From Chlamydiales bacterium (lineage in GTDB: Bacteria > Chlamydiota > Chlamydiia > Chlamydiales > JAAKFR01), in the NCBI GenBank assembly GCA_022601535.1, contig JAJACK010000001.1, positions 809,170 through 873,169 of the forward strand: 64,000 bases of DNA, read 5' to 3'. The notes beneath the pieces were generated by a model. The model did no database searches, was not told where the DNA came from, and saw only the letters and a list, made by a program, of their open reading frames with translations. Position numbers and translations under genes: made by a program. This document shows positions 9,762 to 18,586 of this stretch, in pieces. Position 1 is the first letter of the stretch, and each line of letters opens with the position of its first letter.

Positions 9762-11965
9762 AAAAATACCATTTTATCGGAATTGGAGGGATTGGAATGA
9801 GTGCTTTGGCACACATCCTTTTGGAGGAAAAACAGAGTGTTTCAGGGAGTGACCTCAACCTTGGAAAGATGGTGGCAAAGCTTGAAAAAAAAGGGGCTCA
9901 GATTGCTCAGGGGGGGATTGCTGAAGATGCAACGGTTGTCTACAGCTCAGCTGTGATCGATTCGAATCCCGACTATAGAGCTGCAAAACAAGCAGGTTTA
10001 AAAATGTTGCACCGCTCAGAGCTTTTAGCGGAGCTAATCGAGGGTAAAACAAGTTGTGCAGTGGCAGGAACACATGGGAAGACAACAGTCTCTTCTCTAC
10101 TTGTGCACGTTTTAATGGAGGCTAAACGGAGTCCAAGTTTTGCCCTTGGAGGTCTTTTAGGAGGGGATAATGGAAGGAGTGGGAAATCAGACCTCTTTGT
10201 TTTCGAAGCCGATGAGAGTGACGGCTCTTTTTTAAGCTACCACCCAACCCATGCGATTATTACCAATATTGAAGCGGAGCATCTCGATCACTTTGGAGAT
10301 GAAAAAAGGTTGAGAGAAGCATTTGAACAGTTCTCTTCACAAGTGGGTGGGGAGTCTCTTGTGTGTGGAATTGATTACGGTTTTGAAGAACATTGTCCCT
10401 TCCGTATTTTAATGTGGGAGCAAAAAGGTTGGCAGTTGCAATTTGATCTTCATTATGAAGGTAAAATTTATTCCGAGATCAAAGTGCCGCTCATAGGAGA
10501 ACACAACGTCTTGAATGCAACAGCTGTATTTGCCATGGCTTTGAAGCTCGGTGTTGAAGAGGAAAAAATACGTGAAGCTCTTTCCACATTTCCTGGTGTG
10601 ACAAGACGGTGTGAACAAAAGAAAGAAGAGCTTGAAATCCTCTTTATCGATGATTATGCACACCACCCCACCGAGGTGAAAACAACACTCAATGCTCTGC
10701 GCGCTGCAGCTGCTGAACGGCGAATTGTCGCTCTCTATCAACCACACCGTTTTTCTCGTACAAGAGATCAAATAGAGGCGTATAAAGAGGCGTTTGATGG
10801 AGCAGATCACACCTTTATCACAGATATTTATAGCGCAGGAGAAACACCAATTGAAGGTGTGTCTGGAGAGGTCTTAGCAAAAAAGGTGGGAGGAACTTAC
10901 CTTCCAAAAGAGAAGTGGCAAGAGCTTGAAAATTTCTTACGCCCGCACGACATCTTTATCTCGATGGGAGCGGGAGATGTGACAGATTTAGAGCTTCATC
11001 CACGCACTAAATACCGGTTAGGGGTTGTTTATGGAGGGAAATCGTTTGAACACGATATCTCAGTGACAACAGCAAAGTGTGTCATGGATGCGCTCGATAC
11101 AACTCTCTACGATGTTGAGACCTATTTCATCGACAAGGGAGGGAAATGGAATGGAAAAAATCTCTCTTCTATCATAGAGGAATTAAATCAGTGTGATGTT
11201 CTCCTTCCTATTCTCCATGGAACTTATGGAGAAGATGGAAGAGTACAAAGTCTTTTTGAGCTGCTGGAAAAACCGTATATTGGCCCCAATTGGGAGGCGT
11301 CAGCTCTTTGTATGCATAAGATGCACAGTAAAATAATTGCCAAAGCAGCTGGTGTTTTGACGCCAAAGGGATTCTCTTTTCGAAGAGGAGAGGAGTGGAA
11401 ATCTAATGTCGATGGTTTGACATTTCCACTTTTTGTAAAGCCGAATCATATGGGATCGAGTGTAGGGATTAGCAAGGTGGAACGGTTTGAGGATCTGGAA
11501 GATGCAGTCGAAAATGCCTTTTTACATGATGATGAAGTCTTGATTGAAGAGGGGATGCAAAATTGCCGTGAAATTGAATTTCCTGTGATAGGGAATCAAC
11601 ACGTTGTCGTTCCAAAACCTGGTGAGAAATTGGCAAATGGCGCTTTTGTCGACTATAGAATGAAATATACCAAGGGGGTATTGGAGGCGACAACAGAACC
11701 CGATTTAGATCCAGAAGTCTTAGCAAAGGGGAGATGGTATGCAGAGCTTGTGTATCGAAAAATTGGTTGCAGTGGATTTGCTCGGGTCGATTTTTTCTTA
11801 GATCAAAAAAACCAGTGGTGGTTTTTTGAAATCAACCCGATTCCAGGGATGCAGCAGCTCTCCCTTTTCCCAAAAGTTTGGAACCGGGAAGGGGTGAGTT
11901 ATCAGAAAATGTTAGATCGAATGATTATTCTGGGTTTAGAGCGGGAGCGACAATGCATCTACTAA
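9758..11965 (+). CDS. murC/ddl: Bifunctional MurC / D-Ala-D-Ala ligase fusion
   Basis: MurC part: GIGGIGMSALA, GTHGKTT, EADESD, DDYAHHP, QPHR. Ddl part: GGKSFEHDIS, LHGTYGEDG, GSSVG, ARVDFF, EINPIPG. The fusion is typical of Chlamydiae. Confidence 0.95.
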   Translation: MKKYHFIGIGGIGMSALAHILLEEKQSVSGSDLNLGKMVAKLEKKGAQIAQGGIAEDATVVYSSAVIDSNPDYRAAKQAGLKMLHRSELLAELIEGKTSCAVAGTHGKTTVSSLLVHVLMEAKRSPSFALGGLLGGDNGRSGKSDLFVFEADESDGSFLSYHPTHAIITNIEAEHLDHFGDEKRLREAFEQFSSQVGGESLVCGIDYGFEEHCPFRILMWEQKGWQLQFDLHYEGKIYSEIKVPLIGEHNVLNATAVFAMALKLGVEEEKIREALSTFPGVTRRCEQKKEELEILFIDDYAHHPTEVKTTLNALRAAAAERRIVALYQPHRFSRTRDQIEAYKEAFDGADHTFITDIYSAGETPIEGVSGEVLAKKVGGTYLPKEKWQELENFLRPHDIFISMGAGDVTDLELHPRTKYRLGVVYGGKSFEHDISVTTAKCVMDALDTTLYDVETYFIDKGGKWNGKNLSSIIEELNQCDVLLPILHGTYGEDGRVQSLFELLEKPYIGPNWEASALCMHKMHSKIIAKAAGVLTPKGFSFRRGEEWKSNVDGLTFPLFVKPNHMGSSVGISKVERFEDLEDAVENAFLHDDEVLIEEGMQNCREIEFPVIGNQHVVVPKPGEKLANGAFVDYRMKYTKGVLEATTEPDLDPEVLAKGRWYAELVYRKIGCSGFARVDFFLDQKNQWWFFEINPIPGMQQLSLFPKVWNREGVSYQKMLDRMIILGLERERQCIY

Positions 11966-12669
11966 AGCCAGGACCACACTACTCTTGGAAGAGGGTGATT
12001 TTCACTCTTTTTCTCTCTTTTCTTCCATTGACAACTCTCTTTTTTCTACAAAAAAAAACAGATCCTTCGTTCATCACCCGTATCATTCAAACAGGAGAAC
12101 TTCCAACAGAATATTTAGCTGAAGTTTTAGAGCTCTCTTGTGACAAACCAACCCTTCTTTCAGAGTTTGATTTGGCCTGGGGGCGAGAAAAATTGTTAGC
12201 AACAGCCCTTGTCTCTGAAGTATCGATAAAAAAAAAGGCTCCTGATCTTCTCTCTATCGACTACACTATTCGGAAACCTATTGCAGTGATTGGAAACATA
12301 CAAAACACAGGCATTGATAAGGAAGGGGTTTTGATTCCTCTTCTTCCCATTCATTTCCCCAAGCGCCTCATACAAGTCATTCTCCCCCCCAAAAAAAGGG
12401 TTTGGGGAGAGCAGGTTGCTTTTGATCCAAATTTTCTAAATCCCTGTTTTACCCACCTAGATCTATCACATCCAAGGGAAATTGTTGCACATACAATCCA
12501 TGGAGACCTTCTCCGGTTAGAAAAAAGTACACAACAACTTCCCCTTTATTATAAACTTCGAGCTGAGGTATTGAAGGGACCTTCGATTGTCGACCTTCGA
12601 CTGCCCGATTGCGCTTTTATTCAGGAGTTTTGTGGATCACTATATTCAAATTCACTGGACGTGCGGTAG
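11953..12669 (+). CDS. ftsQ: Divergent FtsQ/DivIB-like cell division protein
   Basis: N-terminal TM; POTRA-like segment ending PDLLSIDYTIRKPIA; C-terminal IVDLR; follows ddl; ATG 11953 chosen. Confidence 0.65.
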   Translation: MHLLKPGPHYSWKRVIFTLFLSFLPLTTLFFLQKKTDPSFITRIIQTGELPTEYLAEVLELSCDKPTLLSEFDLAWGREKLLATALVSEVSIKKKAPDLLSIDYTIRKPIAVIGNIQNTGIDKEGVLIPLLPIHFPKRLIQVILPPKKRVWGEQVAFDPNFLNPCFTHLDLSHPREIVAHTIHGDLLRLEKSTQQLPLYYKLRAEVLKGPSIVDLRLPDCAFIQEFCGSLYSNSLDVR

Positions 12670-12958
12670 CATCGACGAAGCTCGAGCTGTTGCAAAGTTA
12701 CTCGTTGAAAAACAGCTTGTTGCTTGTGCAAACATTATCCCTTGGGTGGAATCGATCTATTCTTGGGATGACCAAATCGATGTGACTCAAGAATCAAAAG
12801 TCATTTTTAAAACCCGTCAAAATCTTTTTGAAAAAGTTAAAACATTCATTTTACAACACGCAAAATATGAAGTCCCAGAGATTTTAGAGCTCCCCATCAC
12901 AAGTGGAAATGAAAGCTATCTCCGTTGGCTTGACGAGAGCCTTGAAAAAAAAGTCTAG
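12632..12958 (+). CDS. cutA: Divalent-cation tolerance protein CutA
   Basis: LVEKQLVACANI, SIYSW, K-T and H..YEVPEI motifs; GTG at 12632 preceded by AGGAG. Confidence 0.92.
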   Translation: MDHYIQIHWTCGSIDEARAVAKLLVEKQLVACANIIPWVESIYSWDDQIDVTQESKVIFKTRQNLFEKVKTFILQHAKYEVPEILELPITSGNESYLRWLDESLEKKV

Positions 12959-12970
12959 GTTTGCTTTAAT
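12942..12970 (+). promoter_or_regulatory. Putative sigma66/sigma70 promoter of the KH gene
   Basis: TTGAAA-17 nt-TTTAAT with an extended TG. Confidence 0.5.
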
Positions 12971-13006
12971 CGTTCTTATTTTGCTTAACTAACAGGATTT
13001 AGTACC

Positions 13007-13378
13007 ATGGAAGAATTTGTAGCTTATATTGTAAAAAATTTAGTCAGTGTCCCAGAAGAGGTTAAAGTCTCTTCTCGCGATGAAGGGGAATATCTTCGAA
13101 TAGAAATGCGCGTTGCCCAAGAAGATGTAGGGAAGATTATTGGACGTAAGGGGAATACAATCAATGCATTGAGAGCGATTGTCCGAACGGTGGCAACACG
13201 TCTTGGACGGCGTGTCCAGGTGGAGCTCCTCCAAGATGATAAACCTCGCAAGGTAGTGGCAGAAGAGGCAGAACCAGAAGCAGTTTCTACTGAAGAAACG
13301 GCGGCAAAAGAAGATGTCGTTGCTGAAGAGACTGCAGCTCCTCAAGAGGAAGCTGTTGCAGAAGAAGCAACTGTTTAA
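13007..13378 (+). CDS. KhpA-like KH-domain RNA-binding protein with an acidic low-complexity tail
   Basis: MEEFVAYIVKNLV...DVGKIIGRKGNTINALR (GxxG KH loop); Glu/Ala-rich C-terminus. Confidence 0.88.
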   Translation: MEEFVAYIVKNLVSVPEEVKVSSRDEGEYLRIEMRVAQEDVGKIIGRKGNTINALRAIVRTVATRLGRRVQVELLQDDKPRKVVAEEAEPEAVSTEETAAKEDVVAEETAAPQEEAVAEEATV

Positions 13379-13421
13379 TAACGTTCTTGCTCTTTTTCTT
13401 TGATTGTTCATAATAATGTTT

Positions 13422-13763
13422 ATGGAATTTGAAGTTGAAGAGAAAGGTGAGATTGTTGTGATTCGTGTGAGAGGGCGGCTCGATGCAGCCTCCTCTCCTC
13501 AGTTAGAAGCAAAAATCAATGAGATTGTAGATAAAGGACACTTTAAACTCGTTTTAAACCTCAGTAGTGTCGATTATCTTAGTAGCGCTGGAATGCGACT
13601 GATGTTATCGGTCTCAAAAAAACTCAAACATCTTGAAGGAAAGCTCGTAGCTTGTAGCTTAAGCGATGAGGTGGATGAAGTGATCAAGATGGCTGGTTTT
13701 CATAAAGTGATCGAGTTTTATCCAAATGAAGATGAAAGCTTAACGCATCTCGTAAGCGTGTGA
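13422..13763 (+). CDS. rsbV: Anti-sigma factor antagonist (STAS domain)
   Basis: GRLDAASS and the phosphoacceptor motif VDYLSSAGMR; position before miaA; start 13422 is inferred. Confidence 0.88.
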   Translation: MEFEVEEKGEIVVIRVRGRLDAASSPQLEAKINEIVDKGHFKLVLNLSSVDYLSSAGMRLMLSVSKKLKHLEGKLVACSLSDEVDEVIKMAGFHKVIEFYPNEDESLTHLVSV

Positions 13764-14791
13764 TACCTACAACACCAAAATCCCAGCAAACGTCTACACC
13801 TCGTGGCACTCTGCTACCCCTTGAAAACAAGCTCAAGGAATTTCCTAAAACAAAGCCTAAAAAAGTAATTCTTCTCTCCGGCCCAACGGCTTGTGGGAAA
13901 TCAGCGCTTGCAATTCTCCTAGCAGAACTCCTTGGGGGGGAGATTATTTCAGCTGATTCGATGCAGGTTTACCGCGGCATGGATATTGGGACAGCAAAAG
14001 TTTCAAAAGAGGAACAAGAGCATATTCCACACCATCTCATCGATATACGAGATGTTCAAGAAGATTTTAATGTCGTAGATTTCTACTATGAAGCGCGGCA
14101 GTGTTGTGAGTCGATTCTTGCACGAGACAAAGTTCCGATCATCTGCGGAGGAACCGGTTTTTATTTTCACACATTTCTCTATGGCCCTCCAAGCGGTCCT
14201 CCTTCAGTTCCTGAAATTCGGCATGAGATCGAGATGGAAATGCAAGTACGGGGGTCACAATCTCTTTATGAAGAGTTGAAGCGAGCTGATCCTGAATATG
14301 CGGAGACGATCACTCCAAATGATAAACATAAAATTATTCGAGCTCTTGAAATCATTCATTTAACCGGAGAAAAGGTGAGTGCACTTGAATGGAAAGAGAA
14401 AGCTCTTCTCAAAGATTACGCTTGCCACTGCTGGTTTATCTACCGCCCTCGCTCCCTTCTCTATCCAATCATCGATGCTCGTTGTGAACAGATGTTAGAA
14501 CTTGGGCTGATCGATGAGGTGAAAGAGCTCGATAAGAAAGGGCTTAAAAACAACCTCTCTGCTGCTCAGGCGATAGGGTATAGGCAGTGTTTAGACTACC
14601 TTGAGACTTCTCAAACAGAAGAAGAGTATGCAAGGTTTGTCACACAGTTTAAAACAGCTTCGCGAAAACTTGCAAAGCGTCAATTCACCTGGTTCCGGAA
14701 GGAACAAATTTTCAAATGGATCAATGTTGATATCCATGATCCAGAGACGGTTGCAGAGATCATCGCTCAAGAGTATAGTCGACTTAACTGA
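13760..14791 (+). CDS. miaA: tRNA dimethylallyltransferase
   Basis: GPTACGKS, ADSMQVYRGMDIGTAK, GGTGFY and AKRQFTWF motifs. Confidence 0.97.
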   Translation: MIPTTPKSQQTSTPRGTLLPLENKLKEFPKTKPKKVILLSGPTACGKSALAILLAELLGGEIISADSMQVYRGMDIGTAKVSKEEQEHIPHHLIDIRDVQEDFNVVDFYYEARQCCESILARDKVPIICGGTGFYFHTFLYGPPSGPPSVPEIRHEIEMEMQVRGSQSLYEELKRADPEYAETITPNDKHKIIRALEIIHLTGEKVSALEWKEKALLKDYACHCWFIYRPRSLLYPIIDARCEQMLELGLIDEVKELDKKGLKNNLSAAQAIGYRQCLDYLETSQTEEEYARFVTQFKTASRKLAKRQFTWFRKEQIFKWINVDIHDPETVAEIIAQEYSRLN

Positions 14792-14961
14792 AGGATTTTA
14801 CGGACAACAACCGGTTGGTCTTGCTGACCTGCTTGACGTCAACATTGTTTTCTAAATACTGTTATCGGTAAAAATCTTTTGTCCAGTCTGTAAAATTTTC
14901 AACTGAGACGATACGACCGACCGATCTCGAAGATGCATCTAAATGCAACAGTGTTAGATTC

Positions 14962-17127
14962 CTAAGGTTTTTTAACAATGGCTAGCTCTTCAGGGATCAT
15001 AGATTTATCAAGCTGCTCACAAGTCTTCAGGTCGCGTAGTTTAGGGGTATGTTCTAGATGTTTCAATCCATCTGAGTCAAGTTGATGGCAGCCTATCGCG
15101 CTAAGAGATTGAAGATCAGGCACATGTTGTAGATGTTTCAATCCATCTGAAAAACTAGCACAACTGTCTATGATAAGAGATTGAAGATCAGGCACATGTT
15201 CTAGATGTTTCAATGCATCTGAGTCAAGTTGATGGCAGCTTTTTATGTTAAGATATTGAAGCTTACGCACATATTCTAGATATTTTAGAGAATCTCGCTC
15301 AAGCGTATGACAATATGCTATGTTAAGAGATTGAAGCTTACGTACACATTTTAGATATTTTAGTGCCTTTGGCTCAAGCTTAGTGCAGTATGATATGTCC
15401 AGAGATTGAAGATCAGGCACATGTTGTAGATGTTTTAATGTGTCTTCCCCAAGGTTATTAGAAAGTGACATATTAAGAAATCGAAGCTTACGTACATGTT
15501 GTAGATATCTTAATACATCTCTCTCGAATTTCTCACAATATGGTATGTCCAGAGATCGAAGCTCAGGTACATGTTGTAGATGTTTTAATGCATCTCGTTC
15601 AAGTAGGTAGCAATTTGATATGTTTAGAGATTGAAGATCAGGCACATGTCGTAGATGTTTTAATGCATCTTGTTCAAACTGGACGCAATCTCCTATGCTC
15701 AGAAATTGAAGCTTACATACATGTTGTAGATGTTTTAATCCATCTCGCTCAAGTGCACTACAAGATTTTATATTAAGATATTGAAGGTCAGGTACATGTT
15801 GTAGATGTTTTAATGCATCTCGCTCAAGTTGAGTACAAAATGTTGTGTTTAGATATTGAAGGTCAGACACATGTTGTAGATGTTTTAATGAATCTCGCTC
15901 AAATTGATCGCAGCCTGTTATGTTTAGAGATTGAAGATCAGGTACATGTTGTAGATGTTTTAATGAATCTCGCTCAAGCTCATCGCAATTTGATATATCT
16001 AGAAATTGGAGCTTAGGAGTCTTTTCTAGGTGCTCTAGCACACCACCTGTAACCGTACTACCTTCAACAGATCGAGATAAAGACAAATGCAACATATTTG
16101 GGCATTTGTCTAAGATTTTTATAAAGCCTTCATTATCAAAAAATTTGATACCTTTAATATCAACATACTCTAAAAGCTGAGTAGACCCTCCTAAGAGGTC
16201 TAAAAAATTTAAAAGCTGAAAGATATTTTCCCCAAAAGAAGATAGAGGAAGTTTTTGCTTATTAACCACAGGAACAATTAGCTCACCGATCGATACGCTC
16301 CAGCCTTCTCCCTTAATTTGGCTAATACCCCCAAACTGCTCAACTATGCAAGAAACGTCGAACTCTTTTTGATCCTCTTCTGGGATCTTTTGCAGATAGT
16401 GGTATAGAGCTATAAAAGGATCTTTATCCATCTGATGAACAACATCTCGAAGTAGATTTGTTGGGTAGCTTGCTAGAGGCAGAAAATCTTTTCCTTGCAA
16501 TCCAGCAACAGCAATTTCTCTGCAAACATCTTCCCTTAAATCTTTTGCTCCAAAATAGTCGAAAACAAGAGCGAGCCCAACGTAATCCGTGAGCTCCATC
16601 TGTTGAGGGAAAGGGCTTCCTTGCAGACGTGCAATAGCAATTTTAAAAGCATTATTACAAGTAGTGAGGTGAGGGGAAAGTTCTAATTCAACTCTGCCTT
16701 GTTCTTTTTCGGCAAACCCTCCGGTAAAGAGCTTTTCAAACATCTTAGAAGATTGTATAAGGGGACGTCTATCAACGTAAAAAGATTCCCCTCCCAAAAC
16801 AAGTTCTATCTTCTGTTCAATTTTTTTTTTAGAGGGTAAATGGTCATCTATATCGAGATTAGGAAGGGCTCTTTTGACAACCTCTAATACATGGCCTGGA
16901 GAGGCGTATGTGACTGTTTCAGGATCAGCTTTAGCTCTGACCCAGAGGTCTTCATCTTTCTCTTTAGAGGCAAAAGCAAAGGTTTGCTCAATCACCTCGT
17001 AGAGCTTAGCACGATCCCCCTCATCTATTTCCCCAACCTCTAGACGGTGATTTGCACCAATTTTTAATCCATCGAGAGAGTGATCTAATAGTAAAGTTAA
17101 ATTTGATTGTACGATGATAGGATTCAT
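14962..17127 (-). CDS. BTB/POZ + cysteine-containing leucine-rich-repeat protein (putative secreted effector)
   Basis: BTB-like segment IELVLGGESFYVDRRPLIQSSKMFEKLFTGGFAE; about 14 LRR units of consensus LKHLQHVPDLQSLNIxxCxxLERDA. Confidence 0.85.
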   Translation of the reverse strand: MNPIIVQSNLTLLLDHSLDGLKIGANHRLEVGEIDEGDRAKLYEVIEQTFAFASKEKDEDLWVRAKADPETVTYASPGHVLEVVKRALPNLDIDDHLPSKKKIEQKIELVLGGESFYVDRRPLIQSSKMFEKLFTGGFAEKEQGRVELELSPHLTTCNNAFKIAIARLQGSPFPQQMELTDYVGLALVFDYFGAKDLREDVCREIAVAGLQGKDFLPLASYPTNLLRDVVHQMDKDPFIALYHYLQKIPEEDQKEFDVSCIVEQFGGISQIKGEGWSVSIGELIVPVVNKQKLPLSSFGENIFQLLNFLDLLGGSTQLLEYVDIKGIKFFDNEGFIKILDKCPNMLHLSLSRSVEGSTVTGGVLEHLEKTPKLQFLDISNCDELERDSLKHLQHVPDLQSLNITGCDQFERDSLKHLQHVSDLQYLNTTFCTQLERDALKHLQHVPDLQYLNIKSCSALERDGLKHLQHVCKLQFLSIGDCVQFEQDALKHLRHVPDLQSLNISNCYLLERDALKHLQHVPELRSLDIPYCEKFERDVLRYLQHVRKLRFLNMSLSNNLGEDTLKHLQHVPDLQSLDISYCTKLEPKALKYLKCVRKLQSLNIAYCHTLERDSLKYLEYVRKLQYLNIKSCHQLDSDALKHLEHVPDLQSLIIDSCASFSDGLKHLQHVPDLQSLSAIGCHQLDSDGLKHLEHTPKLRDLKTCEQLDKSMIPEELAIVKKP
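14998..16038 (-). repeat. 75-bp coding tandem repeat, about 14 units (one 72-bp unit, last unit partial)
   Basis: Plus-strand core GATTGAAGATCAGG(C/T)ACATGTTGTAGATGTTTTAATG recurs every 75 nt and matches the 25-aa LRR period. Confidence 0.93.
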
Positions 17128-17219
17128 AGTGAAACGATTGTATCATTCAGATAGAAAAAACGCTAATTTATTTAGCGTGTGTGACTTTTTAGAAAGGCTC
17201 TATGAGGATTTCATATCAA

Positions 17220-17345
17220 GTTCTAGGAGTTGGCTAAAGTCAAGAGTGCTCTGCAGATGTCGTTTTGCGATCTGCTTGACAGATCTGTGACTCCCAAAGG
17301 AGTGCTTCACTTAGTTGGGGTTTCCCCCTGATCGTCACCTAAATT
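17220..17345 (-). other. Structured non-coding element, possibly an IS110-family end remnant or ncRNA
   Basis: On the minus strand: hairpins GGGG-GAAA-CCCC, ACTCC-TTTG-GGAGT and GTCAAG-CAGAT...ATCTG...CTTGAC; ends CTTGACTTTAGCCAACTCCTAGAA; no ORF. Confidence 0.35.
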
Positions 17346-17357
17346 TAGCATTATGAT

Positions 17358-18503
17358 TTACCCTTTGCAGCAACTCTTCTCTTCGGCAAAAATTCCAAGT
17401 GGAGGAAGATTATCTTCTTCTTTGATCTTCTGCTCTTCAGGGATATCAACCGATTCGATCCCTTCGTAAGTACGGACTATGTTGTGCAAGGTATCTCGTT
17501 GAGCCGGTTCAAAACCTGCTCTACGGATCATCTGGAGCATGGTGTTGTGGTCTGCTCGATTGACCCATTTTGTGGCGCGATGGACATTCTCTTCCATAAT
17601 TGTTCCACCAAAATCATCAGCTCCATAGTGAAGAGATTGAATGCCGATCTCTTTTCCTTCTCCAAACCAAGACGCTCCAATGTGGTCAAAGTTGTCGAGA
17701 TAAAGGCGGGCAAAGGCGAGGATTCGGAAATAGTGATCACCCCCACTCCAATGTTTCACTTTTCGACGGAGTGCTGTCCGGTCTCGCTTGTAGCTCCATG
17801 GAATAAAAGAAGTGAAGCCTGGGATTTCATCTTGAGCAGCTCGAATTGTTTCTAGATGAGTCACAATATCTTCAGGCTCTTCGACATGACCGTACATCAT
17901 GGTTGCAGTGGTTCGGAAGCCTATTTTGTGTGCTGCTCTGTGCGTGTTGATCCAACCGTTTGGTCCCATTTTTTTAGGAGAGATCTCTAAACGGACTTTT
18001 TCTGAGAGAATCTCTGCCCCTCCACCGGGAAGAGTGCGTTGCCCTGCATCCCAAAGTTTTTGAAGCACCTCTTCGATTGTGAGGTTGGAGATCTGAGCAC
18101 ATTGCCACAATTCAACAGCAGTGAAAAAATGAGGGTGAATATCGGGATAGTTTGCACGAGCCGCTTTGATGAGATCGACATAGTAGTCGATTTTAAGTTC
18201 TGGATTGACCCCTCCTTGAAGAAGAACAGTTGTCAGACCTGCTCTTTTGGCCCTTTCCATATGTTGCATCACCTCAGAAACAGATTTGGTGTAGGCGTCT
18301 TTTGCCCCTTTGTGCCTGTAGAAAGCGCAAAAAGTGCAATCAACATTGCACACATTGGTGTAATTGGGGTTAGAGTCGAGAACAAAGGTGACTCTATTCG
18401 GTGGATTTTTTTGATTGCGCACCTCTTGCGCTTTCATTTTGAGCGTTTCGAGGTCCCCATTTTTAAAAAGATAAACCCCTTCATCGTAGCTCAATCTATT
18501 CAT
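17358..18503 (-). CDS. mqnC: Cyclic dehypoxanthinyl futalosine synthase (radical SAM, menaquinone futalosine pathway)
   Basis: NYTNVCNVDCTFCAFYR (CxxxCxxC), LPGGGAEIL, TATMMYGHVE and GADDFGGT motifs. Confidence 0.88.
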   Translation of the reverse strand: MNRLSYDEGVYLFKNGDLETLKMKAQEVRNQKNPPNRVTFVLDSNPNYTNVCNVDCTFCAFYRHKGAKDAYTKSVSEVMQHMERAKRAGLTTVLLQGGVNPELKIDYYVDLIKAARANYPDIHPHFFTAVELWQCAQISNLTIEEVLQKLWDAGQRTLPGGGAEILSEKVRLEISPKKMGPNGWINTHRAAHKIGFRTTATMMYGHVEEPEDIVTHLETIRAAQDEIPGFTSFIPWSYKRDRTALRRKVKHWSGGDHYFRILAFARLYLDNFDHIGASWFGEGKEIGIQSLHYGADDFGGTIMEENVHRATKWVNRADHNTMLQMIRRAGFEPAQRDTLHNIVRTYEGIESVDIPEEQKIKEEDNLPPLGIFAEEKSCCKG

Positions 18504-18586
18504 TTCAACTCCTCATTGACTAAAAGTATCGAAGGAATTAAGATCACTTCTAAAACCTTTTCTGTCAATTCAATCATTGCTTTTCT

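Noticed and set aside
9758-11965. murC-ddl fusion and absence of ftsZ/ftsA as novelties
   Set aside because: Both are established features of Chlamydiae; used only as taxonomic evidence
14998-16038. Regularly spaced repeats as a CRISPR array or DGR target
   Set aside because: The period is exactly 25 codons within an open frame, the variable parts are related to each other, and no cas genes or reverse transcriptase are in the window
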